Positions 18,822 to 27,788 of a stretch of 64,000 bases of DNA are shown piece by piece. The translations under genes were made by a program, and so were the position numbers. This DNA comes from an uncultured Clostridia bacterium (lineage in GTDB: Bacteria; Bacillota; Clostridia; Christensenellales; DTU072), in assembly GCA_944349655.1 (NCBI GenBank), contig CALVNL010000004.1:8819-72818 (forward strand). Reading direction: 5' to 3'. Numbering within the stretch: position 1 is the stretch's first letter; every line of letters starts with the position of its first letter. Under the pieces are notes generated by a model. The model did not search any database, was not told the DNA's origin, and worked only from the letters and a program-made list of their open reading frames with translations.

Positions 18822-20330
18822 ATGGCAACAAGTTTAAATAAAAGATTTTTATCAAATACCGTATGGATAATAGGTGGTCAAATCGTTAAAGCAGCTATAG
18901 GCTTTGTAGTGAGTTTATATACTGCAAAATATCTCGGACCGAGCGATTATGGTATTTTAGGGTATGTAACAAGTATAATTACGTTGTTTACGGCTTTAGC
19001 GAATTTAGGACTCGGGAATATTATTGTTAACGAGATTTTGATCAATAAGAACAGGGAAGGAGAGATTATAGGGACTGCGATAGTATTGCAGCTGCTTTCT
19101 TCGGCCATATCCTATTTGTTGGTGTTTGGGACTGTAGTAGTGCTAAACATTGATGATAAAACTATGTGGATTTGTACTATATTGCAATCTTTTTCATTGA
19201 TTTTAACGGTATCCGATCAGGTGAATTATTATTATCAATCGCAGTTAAAGTCAAAAATAGCAACTATAATTTCGTTAATAGCATATATAATCACTCAAAT
19301 TTATAAAGTTTATTTACTTATCACCGATAAATCCGTGGTATGGTTTGCATTTGCAAATACATTAGATTATCTGGTTATTGCGGTATTATTATTTTCTTAT
19401 TATATAATAAAAAAAGCCCCAAAACTTTCTTTTTCAAAGAATACTGCCAAACGGTTATTAAAATTATGCGTTCCTTTTATTCTTTCAGGGTGTATTAGTG
19501 TTTTATATACTTCTTTAGACAGAATAATGCTGAAAGAATTATTACATGATACCGATAGCGTAGGCTATTATAACGTAGCATATACAGTAAGTCACGTTTG
19601 GGTTTTTGTTGTAAATGCGGTAATAACATCTTTCGCCCCTCTTGTTTTCGAAATGGCTAAAGAGAAAGGTATTCAGAGTGCAGAGTACAAAAAAATCGTA
19701 CGACAACTGTATTTTTTGGTATTTTGGTTAAGCGTGTGCGCTTCTTTGGTTATAGATTTAGTTGCAGGATGGTTTATAAGGTTTTTTTATGGAGAACAAT
19801 ATTTAGAATCAATTATTCCTACGATGCTTTTGACCTGGAGTGCGGGTTTCGCGTATTTAGGAACAGCGAGAGGTATTCAATTTGTATGTGAAAATAAACA
19901 AAAATATATTGTTTTGTTTTCAGTTCTAACCGTTTTTATTAACTTCGGGATGAATATGGCTTTAATCCCTCAATTAAAAGTGACAGGAGCGGCTTTGGCT
20001 ACGGTGATTTCAGAAATTTTTGTTTGTGTCATTGCGCCTCTTATGTTAAAGCAAACTCGAAATATAAGTATAGATATACTTAGCGGAATGGCCTGTCATG
20101 GCGTTGATCTAAAATTATTTATTGTGGTATTGAAACAGCAACTTTTGAAAATGTTTAATATTAAAAGTAAGAAAAAATCGGAAGATAATGATGAAGATTT
20201 GCTCGAAGATGCTAAAGCGATTAATACTGAAAAGTTAGCCTCGGATATTAAAACGGAAACGGCAGAGCTGGTCCCCGAGTCCGAGGACGAAGGGCGGAAA
20301 GAAGACGATGACTTGTCGTCGCTAAATTAA
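18822..20330 (+). CDS. wzx: Wzx-type (MOP superfamily) polysaccharide flippase with an acidic C-terminal tail of about 60 aa
   Basis: About 12 hydrophobic helices over about 440 aa. This is followed by KKKSEDNDEDLLED...ESEDEGRKEDDD. Confidence 0.85.
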   Translation: MATSLNKRFLSNTVWIIGGQIVKAAIGFVVSLYTAKYLGPSDYGILGYVTSIITLFTALANLGLGNIIVNEILINKNREGEIIGTAIVLQLLSSAISYLLVFGTVVVLNIDDKTMWICTILQSFSLILTVSDQVNYYYQSQLKSKIATIISLIAYIITQIYKVYLLITDKSVVWFAFANTLDYLVIAVLLFSYYIIKKAPKLSFSKNTAKRLLKLCVPFILSGCISVLYTSLDRIMLKELLHDTDSVGYYNVAYTVSHVWVFVVNAVITSFAPLVFEMAKEKGIQSAEYKKIVRQLYFLVFWLSVCASLVIDLVAGWFIRFFYGEQYLESIIPTMLLTWSAGFAYLGTARGIQFVCENKQKYIVLFSVLTVFINFGMNMALIPQLKVTGAALATVISEIFVCVIAPLMLKQTRNISIDILSGMACHGVDLKLFIVVLKQQLLKMFNIKSKKKSEDNDEDLLEDAKAINTEKLASDIKTETAELVPESEDEGRKEDDDLSSLN

Positions 20331-20644
20331 AGCAAGATCGCGAGGGAATATATATCGTCGAAAAAGATTTTTTCGTTACCTAACACGAGATATTTGAGGG
20401 GGAAGTTGAGTTCGGAGACTTCCCCTTCTATTTCCGGGTAATGTCCGTCGAGGAAAAACGTAATTCGGATTTTCGTACCTTTGGTAAGACGGAGTAAAGT
20501 AGAGGAAATTTCTTCTTTCCGCTCTTCGGAAAGTAGGCGCTTCGGTTGTCGGGTGCGGCGTTCTTCCCGCTTCCGGAGTTCCTCTTGTAAGCCTTTGAGC
20601 GAGTCGAATGGCAAGAATTGCTTTGCACGGTCGGTTTTATTCAC
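20327..20644 (-). CDS. yolD: YolD-like protein
   Basis: RAKQFLPFDSLKG N-terminus and a small beta-rich C-terminal part. Overlaps the Y-family polymerase gene by 8 nt, the usual pairing. Confidence 0.75.
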   Translation of the reverse strand: MNKTDRAKQFLPFDSLKGLQEELRKREERRTRQPKRLLSEERKEEISSTLLRLTKGTKIRITFFLDGHYPEIEGEVSELNFPLKYLVLGNEKIFFDDIYSLAILL

Positions 20645-21908
20645 CGTTGTGTCCCCCTATCAGGCGGTTCCGTTCGGCGGCGGTGGCTCCGTCGCAAAAA
20701 TCCATTCCCCGTAAAACGGCGTTTTTCCCGAAACGGGTCTTGAGTCCGAGGACGGTTTTTTCCGCTTCCTTTTCCTTGCGGATTTTTTCAAAGTCGGTAA
20801 ACAGATCGTAGGTTTCGTTCGAGACGGAGGAAACCGAATTGAAAGTTATGCCTAAACGCCTTATGGGCAGATTTTTGTCCGCCTTTTCGCTGAATAATCG
20901 GCTGACATAAGGGGCGATTGCCGAAAAAACGTTGGTTTTTACCGTCATTTTTACGGTGCCGCCGTCCGACAAGCCCGAAAAATCCGAATAACCTATATAT
21001 ATTCCGACGGAATCGGTGACTACGTTCCGTTTCATCATTTCCTGACATCCGGCAAGGAGCATTTCGTCCATTACCAAAGCGGCTTTTTCGTAATCGTAGT
21101 CCGAAGGAAGAATTTGCGAAAAAGAAACGGATCTTGACTTCGATTTATAGTTTTTTATATCGGCAAGAGTACAGCTTTCCCGTCCGTAAGCGTGGTCGAT
21201 AAGCAGTTCGGCGTTGACGCCGAAAACTTTGTACAAAAGTTCCTCCGAGGTTTCGGCAATACCCTTCATATCGAAAATACCGTATTTGGACAGCCGTGCC
21301 GAGATTCCCGAGGAGATCTGCCAGAAGTCGCTCAAAGGACGGTGCGTCCATAGGGTTTTTTTGTAAAGGTCTTCGTCGAGAAAACCTATGCCGTCCTTGG
21401 TTTTCTTTGCGGTCAGGTCGAGAGCGATTTTGGCAAGATACAAATTCGTGCCGATACCGCAGGTGGCGGGGATACGCTTGTTTTTTGCAATTTCGGCAAG
21501 GAGGAATTTAGCGAATTCATAGGGCGTTTTACGGTATAAACCGAGATAATCCGTCACGTCGAGAAAAGACTCGTCTATGGAATAAACGTGTATGTCGGAA
21601 GGGGACAGGTATTCCAGATAAACGTCGTAGATGTCTGCGGCGTAATCGATATATTTTTTCATACGGGGTTTTGCCACGATATATTTTATCGAAGAGGGAA
21701 TTTCCGAAAGACGGCAGCGGTTTTTTACGCCCAAAGACTTGAGGTGCGGGGAAACGGCGAGACAGAGGGCGTTTTTGCCCCTGGTTTCGTCGGCGACGAC
21801 GAGCGGCGTTTCGAACGGGTTAAGTCCGCGCTCCACGCACTCCACCGAAGCGTAAAAACATTTCATATCGATACAAAAATATATCCGTTGTTTTTCCGTC
21901 ATAGACAA
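20637..21908 (-). CDS. Y-family (UmuC/UvrX/DinB-like) translesion DNA polymerase
   Basis: IYFCIDMKCFYASVE and YSIDESFLDVT catalytic motifs. 423 aa. Confidence 0.9.
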   Translation of the reverse strand: MSMTEKQRIYFCIDMKCFYASVECVERGLNPFETPLVVADETRGKNALCLAVSPHLKSLGVKNRCRLSEIPSSIKYIVAKPRMKKYIDYAADIYDVYLEYLSPSDIHVYSIDESFLDVTDYLGLYRKTPYEFAKFLLAEIAKNKRIPATCGIGTNLYLAKIALDLTAKKTKDGIGFLDEDLYKKTLWTHRPLSDFWQISSGISARLSKYGIFDMKGIAETSEELLYKVFGVNAELLIDHAYGRESCTLADIKNYKSKSRSVSFSQILPSDYDYEKAALVMDEMLLAGCQEMMKRNVVTDSVGIYIGYSDFSGLSDGGTVKMTVKTNVFSAIAPYVSRLFSEKADKNLPIRRLGITFNSVSSVSNETYDLFTDFEKIRKEKEAEKTVLGLKTRFGKNAVLRGMDFCDGATAAERNRLIGGHNGE

Positions 21909-22513
21909 AGACTTTTAATTACTTTTATAGCGATGCCCTGGATTTCCACGTCTTTATATAACATATCTTCGTAGGACGGGTTTTCGGCTTTCAGGCGGAT
22001 AAGGCGGTTTTCGGAGTCTTTATAATACCTTTTCAGTGTAACTTCTTCTCCGTCGCACAGCGCTACGACTATATCGCCGTCGGAAGCGGAAGATTGCACC
22101 TTGACGATAACGATATCGCCGTTGGCTATTCCTGCGCCCGTCATACTGTCGCCGTTGGCTTTCAATGCAAAAAACTTACCTTTCCCCAAAATTTTGGAGG
22201 AAATATCGAGGTATGTTTCCACGTTTTCTTCGCAAAGCAAAGGTTTCCCGCAGGACACGCTTCCGAGAAGCGGAGTCCTTACGACGTCGTCGATAGCTTT
22301 GACCATACGTTCGCTTTTTATACACCGACGGCCGTTTTCGTCCGCAAGCAAACCCGATTTTTTCATTTCCGCAATATAACGATGGAGATTTCCGGGATCC
22401 AATCCCAACGCGAAAGCGATTTCCCTTTCCGAAGGGAAACGGTTTTCTTCGAAATAACATTTTTCGATAAAGTCTTTTATGCGAGCATATCTCGCTTCGG
22501 CTTTTTCTCGCAC
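21899..22513 (-). CDS. lexA: LexA-type repressor (wHTH + S24 peptidase)
   Basis: The C-terminal domain carries GDSM (Ser nucleophile) and a VTLKRYY Lys region. The N-terminal domain has SEREIAFALGLD..NLHRYIAEMKKSGLL. A Cys-Gly (SCGKP) replaces the usual Ala-Gly cleavage site. GTG at 22513 has GGAGG 5 nt upstream; the ORF-track start at 22525 lies within that RBS. Confidence 0.85.
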   Translation of the reverse strand: MREKAEARYARIKDFIEKCYFEENRFPSEREIAFALGLDPGNLHRYIAEMKKSGLLADENGRRCIKSERMVKAIDDVVRTPLLGSVSCGKPLLCEENVETYLDISSKILGKGKFFALKANGDSMTGAGIANGDIVIVKVQSSASDGDIVVALCDGEEVTLKRYYKDSENRLIRLKAENPSYEDMLYKDVEIQGIAIKVIKSLCL

Positions 22514-22527
22514 GGCTACCTCCACAA

Positions 22528-22543
22528 TACAGCAAATGCTGTA
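22528..22543. promoter_or_regulatory. Perfect palindrome TACAGCA-AA-TGCTGTA between a putative -10 and the lexA RBS: candidate operator
   Basis: Read directly from the sequence. It sits 4 nt upstream of the lexA GGAGG and next to a TATTAT hexamer on the - strand. No GAAC-N4-GTTC (Cheo) box is present in 22514-22731. Confidence 0.45.
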
Positions 22544-22731
22544 AAATAATAATAACCCGAATTCTCGTAAAAATCAAGCCGAAACATACAGGAAAAAAAT
22601 GGAAAAATAAGATATAGCGTCAACAAAAATATAAAAAAACGTAAAAAATATAAATTGTTTTACGAGGGAGCTCTTTACAAATAGATAGTAGATATTATAA
22701 TTAAAATTAAGCGACAAACAGGAGGGTCGAT

Positions 22732-23490
22732 ATGATAAAGAAACAAACGGCGGGCAGGGACGGTTTAGGCGAATTCGCTCCGGAATTTGCCAGGTTGAAC
22801 GACGACGTGTTGTTCGGAGAGGTGTGGAGCAGGGAGGCTCAGCTTTCGGCTCGTGACCGTTCGCTGGTCACTGTGGTGTCGCTGATGTCGCAAGGCTTGA
22901 CCGACTCGTCTTTTGCCTATCACCTCGAGAGTGCGAAAAACAACGGTATAACCAAAGAGGAAATTGCGGAGGTTCTTACCCACGCGGCGTTCTATGCAGG
23001 GTGGCCGAAAGCGTGGGCAGCGTTCCGTATGGCTAAAGAAATTTGGAAAACCGATGATAAGGTTTCCGATGCAAAGAGTTTACACGCCCAAAGTATGATT
23101 TTTCCGATAGGAGAGCCTAATGACGGATATGCGGAATATTTTAAGGGCAGAAGTTACCTTGCGCCTGTCTCGGTCAAACAGGTAGGGATATATAACGTCA
23201 CGTTCGAGCCCGCTTGCCGCAACAACTGGCATATTCACAGGGCGGAGGAAGGCGGAGGTCAGATACTCTTATGCTTGTCGGGAAAAGGCTATTATCAGGA
23301 ATGGGGTAAGGAAGCTATCGCCTTAAACCCGGGGGACGTGGTCAATATTCCTGCAGGCGTAAAACACTGGCACGGGGCGGCGGCGGACAGTTGGTTTTCG
23401 CATCTTGCCATAGAAGTCCCCGGGAAAAACGCCTCCACCGAATGGCTGGAAGAAGTAGGCGACGATTATTACGATAAATTAGGGCAATAA
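22732..23490 (+). CDS. Carboxymuconolactone decarboxylase (AhpD-like) domain fused to a cupin domain
   Basis: The N-terminal half has LSARDRSLVTVVSL...THAAFYAGWP (CMD family). The C-terminal half has NNWHIH...GDVVNIPAGVKHWHGA (cupin). Confidence 0.8.
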   Translation: MIKKQTAGRDGLGEFAPEFARLNDDVLFGEVWSREAQLSARDRSLVTVVSLMSQGLTDSSFAYHLESAKNNGITKEEIAEVLTHAAFYAGWPKAWAAFRMAKEIWKTDDKVSDAKSLHAQSMIFPIGEPNDGYAEYFKGRSYLAPVSVKQVGIYNVTFEPACRNNWHIHRAEEGGGQILLCLSGKGYYQEWGKEAIALNPGDVVNIPAGVKHWHGAAADSWFSHLAIEVPGKNASTEWLEEVGDDYYDKLGQ

Positions 23491-23505
23491 GGAGGTAAAG
23501 AGAAT

Positions 23506-23985
23506 ATGAGTAAGATTTTGGTTGCGTATTTTTCGCCGACCAGGCACACCGCTAAGCTGGCGACAAATCTGTCAAAAGTGATCAACGGCGATCTTTATGA
23601 AATAAAACCGCTGAAAATGTATTCGGCTTCGGATCTGGACTGGACTGACAAAAACAGTCGAAGCAGTAAGGAAATGCAAGACAAAACTTCTCGCCCGTCT
23701 ATAATTACGGCAGACCTTCCGAATATAGAGGAATATTCCGTAGTTTTCGTGGGGTTCCCGATATGGTGGTATATAGCGCCCACCATCGTCAACACTTTCC
23801 TGGAAGCGTGCGACCTCTCGGGTAAGACCGTAGTACCCTTCGCTACCAGCGGCGGCAGCGGAATGGGTAAAACCAACGATTATTTACGTCCTTCCTGTAA
23901 GGGGGCGATCCTTAAAGAAGGAAAGGTCTTTTCCCCGTCCGTAAGCGGAAATGAATTGAAAAAATGGGCGGAAAATAAATTTTGA
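23506..23985 (+). CDS. Flavodoxin-family protein
   Basis: MSKILVAYFSPTRHT N-terminus (FMN phosphate loop) and VGFPIWW. Confidence 0.8.
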   Translation: MSKILVAYFSPTRHTAKLATNLSKVINGDLYEIKPLKMYSASDLDWTDKNSRSSKEMQDKTSRPSIITADLPNIEEYSVVFVGFPIWWYIAPTIVNTFLEACDLSGKTVVPFATSGGSGMGKTNDYLRPSCKGAILKEGKVFSPSVSGNELKKWAENKF

Positions 23986-24207
23986 TCAGCGGAAACGTTC
24001 GTTACGGTAATTTTCTTCACGCAATAAATAATCGCAACTGACCTCGAAAAAATCGGCTAAAGCCACGATATAGCTTGCTTTAGGTTCGTTGATCGATTTT
24101 TCCCAAAAATCAACGGCTTTCTGACTGACGCCGATTGCTTTTGCGAGTGCTTGTTGGGACAGGTTTCTTTCCTGTCTCAATTTTTTTATTACTTCGCCGA
24201 TTTGCAT
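23986..24207 (-). CDS. XRE-family HTH transcriptional regulator (73 aa)
   Basis: IKKLRQERNLSQQALAKAIGVSQKAVDFWE is a canonical HTH_3 pattern. Confidence 0.85.
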   Translation of the reverse strand: MQIGEVIKKLRQERNLSQQALAKAIGVSQKAVDFWEKSINEPKASYIVALADFFEVSCDYLLREENYRNERFR

Positions 24208-24240
24208 AACTTAATTATAGTAATTTTCTTCTTAAAATAC

Positions 24241-24291
24241 TTGACATAGAAGTTTTCTACTTATATAATGATTTACAAGTAGATAACTACT
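24241..24291 (+). promoter_or_regulatory. Sigma-A-type promoter (TTGACA-17-TATAAT) interleaved with GTAG/CTAC palindromes
   Basis: TTGACA at 24241-46 and TATAAT at 24264-69. Palindromes are TAGAA-gtt-TTCTA (24247-59), TCTACTT...AAGTAGA (24256-62 / 24277-83) and AGTAG-ataa-CTACT (24278-91). Confidence 0.55.
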
Positions 24292-24320
24292 AAACAATAT
24301 CGATTTAAGGAGAGGAAAAA

Positions 24321-24845
24321 ATGGCAAGAACGACTTTCAGCGTTAACGTGGAACCGGACAGAGAGGCTGTCATTATCAGAAATTATGAGGCTTTCGGGTG
24401 GGAAGTTATGTCCAGTCAAAGGATATACAACGAGCATCAGGAGTATAAAGGCGATTATACTATCGGCAATACCGTTTATCAGAATTTCGAGACGAAGAAA
24501 ACGGATTTTGTCAAAATTACTTTTTCCAGAGAAAAGGATTATCCTAATAAGGACGTATTGCTGCCGTTGGAAATAGAGTATAACGAAATTCAGAAAAATC
24601 TGGAAAATATGAGCAGTCCGTCGTATCCTGCAAAGTGGGGCAGTAACCTGATAGGGCTCCTTCTATGTTTTTGCGGCGGTTTTCCGGGGTTTGCCTATTT
24701 TATCGTCAAAGCGAGTAAAAACAAAGGTTACCGCAAACGGGTGAAACAATACGAAGAGCAGCGGAAAGCACGGGATGAACGAAGAAGTAAATATTTTGAC
24801 AGACAAAGACAACTCGTAAAAATCGCACAAGAATACAGCGCATAA
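24321..24845 (+). CDS. Hypothetical protein with one C-proximal transmembrane helix and a basic tail
   Basis: AAGGAGAGG RBS. LIGLLLCFCGGFPGFAYFIV helix followed by a Lys/Arg-rich C-terminus. No family recognised. Confidence 0.5.
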   Translation: MARTTFSVNVEPDREAVIIRNYEAFGWEVMSSQRIYNEHQEYKGDYTIGNTVYQNFETKKTDFVKITFSREKDYPNKDVLLPLEIEYNEIQKNLENMSSPSYPAKWGSNLIGLLLCFCGGFPGFAYFIVKASKNKGYRKRVKQYEEQRKARDERRSKYFDRQRQLVKIAQEYSA

Positions 24846-24866
24846 CGCTAAGGGGGAAAAATCGAA

Positions 24867-24905
24867 AAAATCGGACAGGACTTTACGTTCTGTCCCTTTT
24901 GATTT
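24867..24905. terminator. Bidirectional hairpin terminator between convergent genes
   Basis: GGACAG-11 nt-CTGTCC stem flanked by an A-run and a T-run. Confidence 0.6.
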
Positions 24906-24918
24906 TACGGAATTTACG

Positions 24919-27600
24919 TCAAAGAGTTTGCGGTGATTTTTTCCGGATCTTGTTGATCAGTCGGATTACCGCTTTTACCGCTTCGGACAAAACTATCGTG
25001 CAGGCGGCTATCCCGAACAGCTTGAGCCATAACGTAAACGGCAGGGGAACGGTTCCGAAGAAGGAGCCGGCAAATTGTATTATCAGCACCTGCAAAACGA
25101 AGGTAGTTCCTACCACTACAAGCATAAGTTTGTTTTGCAAAAGATGTCGGAATATGCTTTCGGAGTGGAGTTCCCGACAGTTAAAGGAATTAAACAGCTG
25201 GAACAACACGAACATCGTAAACAGTACCGTCAATTGTTGAGCTTCGGGTACGTTCAGGAAGTTATAAACGTATTGACAAAGGAACACCGCCGACATAAGT
25301 CCGCCCGTTACGAAAATTCTTGCAAACATCGGCTTTGAGATTATGCTTTCGTTACGTTTCGTCGGGGGGCGGGACATCAGGTCCTTGTAGTTGGGTTCCA
25401 GCCCCAGGGTCAGGGCGGGCGGTCCGTCCATTATTATGTTTATCCACAATAGTTGCAGGGCGGTAAAGGGTGCTTGAAGCCCGAGCAGAATGGACGTGAA
25501 AACCACAATGACCGAAGAAAGGTTTACCGTAAGCTGGAAAGTAATGAAGCGCTTGAAATTTTCGTAGATGTTCCTGCCCCATTCCACCGCTTTGACGATG
25601 GTGGCGAAAGAGTCGTCCAAAAGTACCACGTCGGCGGCTTCTTTCGATACTTCGGTGCCGGATATCCCCATAGCTATGCCTACGTCGGCGTTTTTCAAAG
25701 CAGGGGCGTCGTTTATGCCGTCTCCCGTCACGGCTACGACGTTTCCTTGATTTTTCAGTATCTGAACCACACGCATTTTGACTGTCGGGGTGCTTCGGGC
25801 GATAACGCATATTGAGGCAAGACGGTCTCCGAGTTCCTCGTCGGTCAGATTTTCCAGGTCCTTGGCTTCCACGGCAGTCATGCCTTCTTCCAACAACGAA
25901 AGTTCGGTTGCTATTGCCTGGGCGGTAAATATGTTGTCGCCGGTAAGTATCTTCAGACTTACCCCTGCACTCCGACAGGACTTGACTGCGTCATAGACCT
26001 CCTTTCGTAAAGGATCGCTTATCGCAACAAACCCGTCGAAAGTCATTCCGCTTTCCAGTAAACGGTGGTTTTCTTCGTTTTCGTAAACGAGGTCGGCTAC
26101 GTCGTCTTTGTGAGCAAACGCAATCACCCGCATAGCTTTTTCTTCGCAGGACTTTATTTCGCTTTCTATGCGGACTTTTTCTTCTTCGTTTAAAGAGCAG
26201 GAATACAAAACGTACTCGGGACTGCCTTTCGTCAAGGCTTTAATCTCTCCGCCGACATCTATAAGGGTAGTCATATGCTTAAGGTCTGAGGTAAAGGGGA
26301 ACGCCTTGATAACTTTGACTTTTTTCCTTTCGGCACGGTAGTCGTCGCCCGTCTTTCGTATTTTGCTTCCTTCGTAAAAATTAAGAAGAGCGCATTCGGT
26401 TGGATTGCCTAAGAATTTTCCGTTTTCACCTAAATCTGCGGTGGAATTAAGACATATATTGTATTTCAGGTTTTCGTCGTCGAGTTCGCTGACGTCTTCG
26501 TGAAAAGTTCCGTCGAAAAAGGTACGTACCGTCATTTTGTTTTCGGTCAAAGTTCCCGTTTTGTCCGAACATATTATATTGATACAGCCCACGGTTTCCG
26601 AAGCTATCATTTTTTTAACGAGAGCGTTGTGTCGGGCGAGTTTTATGATGTTTATGGAGAGGGAAACGGCGACTATGGTCGGCAGACCTTCGGGGACTGC
26701 GGCGACTATCAGTACGATACTGGTAACGAACGCTTCCATGACGTCTTCCGCGTTGAGTCCGTCGTGTAAAGCAAAACTTATCAGTTCGGAAATAAATACT
26801 ATCGCCGCTGCGGTAACTCCGAGGATGGTGATGATTTTTCCCAGGCGGGCGAGTTTTTGTTGCAGGGGAGTGGTGGTTTTGACGTTGTTGCGGAGTTCGC
26901 TTGCGATTTTTCCGAATTCCGTTTTATCCCCGACTGCGGTTATAACCGCTTTTCCGCTACCTGCGGTAACGTAAGTGCCGCCGTAAACCATATTCGCTCT
27001 TTCTGCGAGAGGAGTTTTTTCGTCGCAAGAAACAAACAAGGCGTCTTTGCGGGCAGGCAGACTTTCGCCCGTCAACATCGATTCGTCGCTTGACAGATCC
27101 ACCGAGGAAACAAGTCGTCCGTCTGCGGGAACTTTGTCACCCACGGCAAGACAGATAATGTCGCCGACTACTATTTCCTGTTGGGGGAGGAGTAAAGTTT
27201 TTCCGTTTCGGATAGCTTTGACGACGATATTTTCGCTGATGTCGTTCAACGCTTCGAAAGCTTTTGCACTCCTGCCTTCCATAACCACGCTGATAATGAC
27301 CGAAAGTGAAATAGCGCAGAAGATACCCACGCATTCCAGAAAGTCGGCTTCCCCGCCGCTGATTGCCCGATAAATATTGACTGCGAGCGCGATAAAGCCC
27401 GCCGCAATCAACATAATAATCATAGGTTCGGTGGCGGCTTCCCATATTCTTTTCAGCAAGGATTCCTTTTTCGGTTTGGTTAATGCATTGGAGCCGTACT
27501 TTTTACGGTTTTCCTCCACGCAACCGTCCGAAAGTCCGTTTTCCGCATCCGAAGATAATTCGCTGAGAACGGTCTCCCTGTCGTCGAAAAAATCTCTCAT
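24919..27600 (-). CDS. P2-type cation-transporting ATPase (Ca2+/Mn2+ pump type)
   Basis: DKTGTLT, PEGLP in TM4 and TGDGINDAPALK. The ATG at 27600 has GGAGG 5 nt upstream. The ORF-track start at 27693 lies inside the leader hairpins. Confidence 0.9.
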   Translation of the reverse strand: MRDFFDDRETVLSELSSDAENGLSDGCVEENRKKYGSNALTKPKKESLLKRIWEAATEPMIIMLIAAGFIALAVNIYRAISGGEADFLECVGIFCAISLSVIISVVMEGRSAKAFEALNDISENIVVKAIRNGKTLLLPQQEIVVGDIICLAVGDKVPADGRLVSSVDLSSDESMLTGESLPARKDALFVSCDEKTPLAERANMVYGGTYVTAGSGKAVITAVGDKTEFGKIASELRNNVKTTTPLQQKLARLGKIITILGVTAAAIVFISELISFALHDGLNAEDVMEAFVTSIVLIVAAVPEGLPTIVAVSLSINIIKLARHNALVKKMIASETVGCINIICSDKTGTLTENKMTVRTFFDGTFHEDVSELDDENLKYNICLNSTADLGENGKFLGNPTECALLNFYEGSKIRKTGDDYRAERKKVKVIKAFPFTSDLKHMTTLIDVGGEIKALTKGSPEYVLYSCSLNEEEKVRIESEIKSCEEKAMRVIAFAHKDDVADLVYENEENHRLLESGMTFDGFVAISDPLRKEVYDAVKSCRSAGVSLKILTGDNIFTAQAIATELSLLEEGMTAVEAKDLENLTDEELGDRLASICVIARSTPTVKMRVVQILKNQGNVVAVTGDGINDAPALKNADVGIAMGISGTEVSKEAADVVLLDDSFATIVKAVEWGRNIYENFKRFITFQLTVNLSSVIVVFTSILLGLQAPFTALQLLWINIIMDGPPALTLGLEPNYKDLMSRPPTKRNESIISKPMFARIFVTGGLMSAVFLCQYVYNFLNVPEAQQLTVLFTMFVLFQLFNSFNCRELHSESIFRHLLQNKLMLVVVGTTFVLQVLIIQFAGSFFGTVPLPFTLWLKLFGIAACTIVLSEAVKAVIRLINKIRKKSPQTL

Positions 27601-27623
27601 AGATACCTCCGATATTCCGAGGC

Positions 27624-27780
27624 GAAAAAAATGTATGGCGTATCCGACTGCCATACAATAAAAAAAGACTCCATGCATGGCAAAAATATCCATACATGAG
27701 TCTCGCCATTTAATACAAGCCAGGTAGAGTAACCAGTATGTTGACTTGTCGCACCGCAGTGCCGACTACTCCCTCATTGA
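27624..27780 (-). promoter_or_regulatory. yybP-ykoY (Mn2+) riboswitch-like leader with two tandem intrinsic terminators
   Basis: The minus-strand RNA reads CAAUGAGGGAGUAG-UCG-[GCAC UGCG GUGC]-GAC-CAAG-UCAACAUAC...CUUG...GGCGAGAC-UCAUG. The GGGAGUAG and GCGAGAC blocks and the helix order resemble the family. GAGACUCAUGUAUGG is also the 5' arm of a 13-bp terminator hairpin followed by U7. A second hairpin, GUAUGGC...GCCAUAC plus U7, follows. Confidence 0.5.
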
Positions 27781-27788
27781 CGAAAAAA

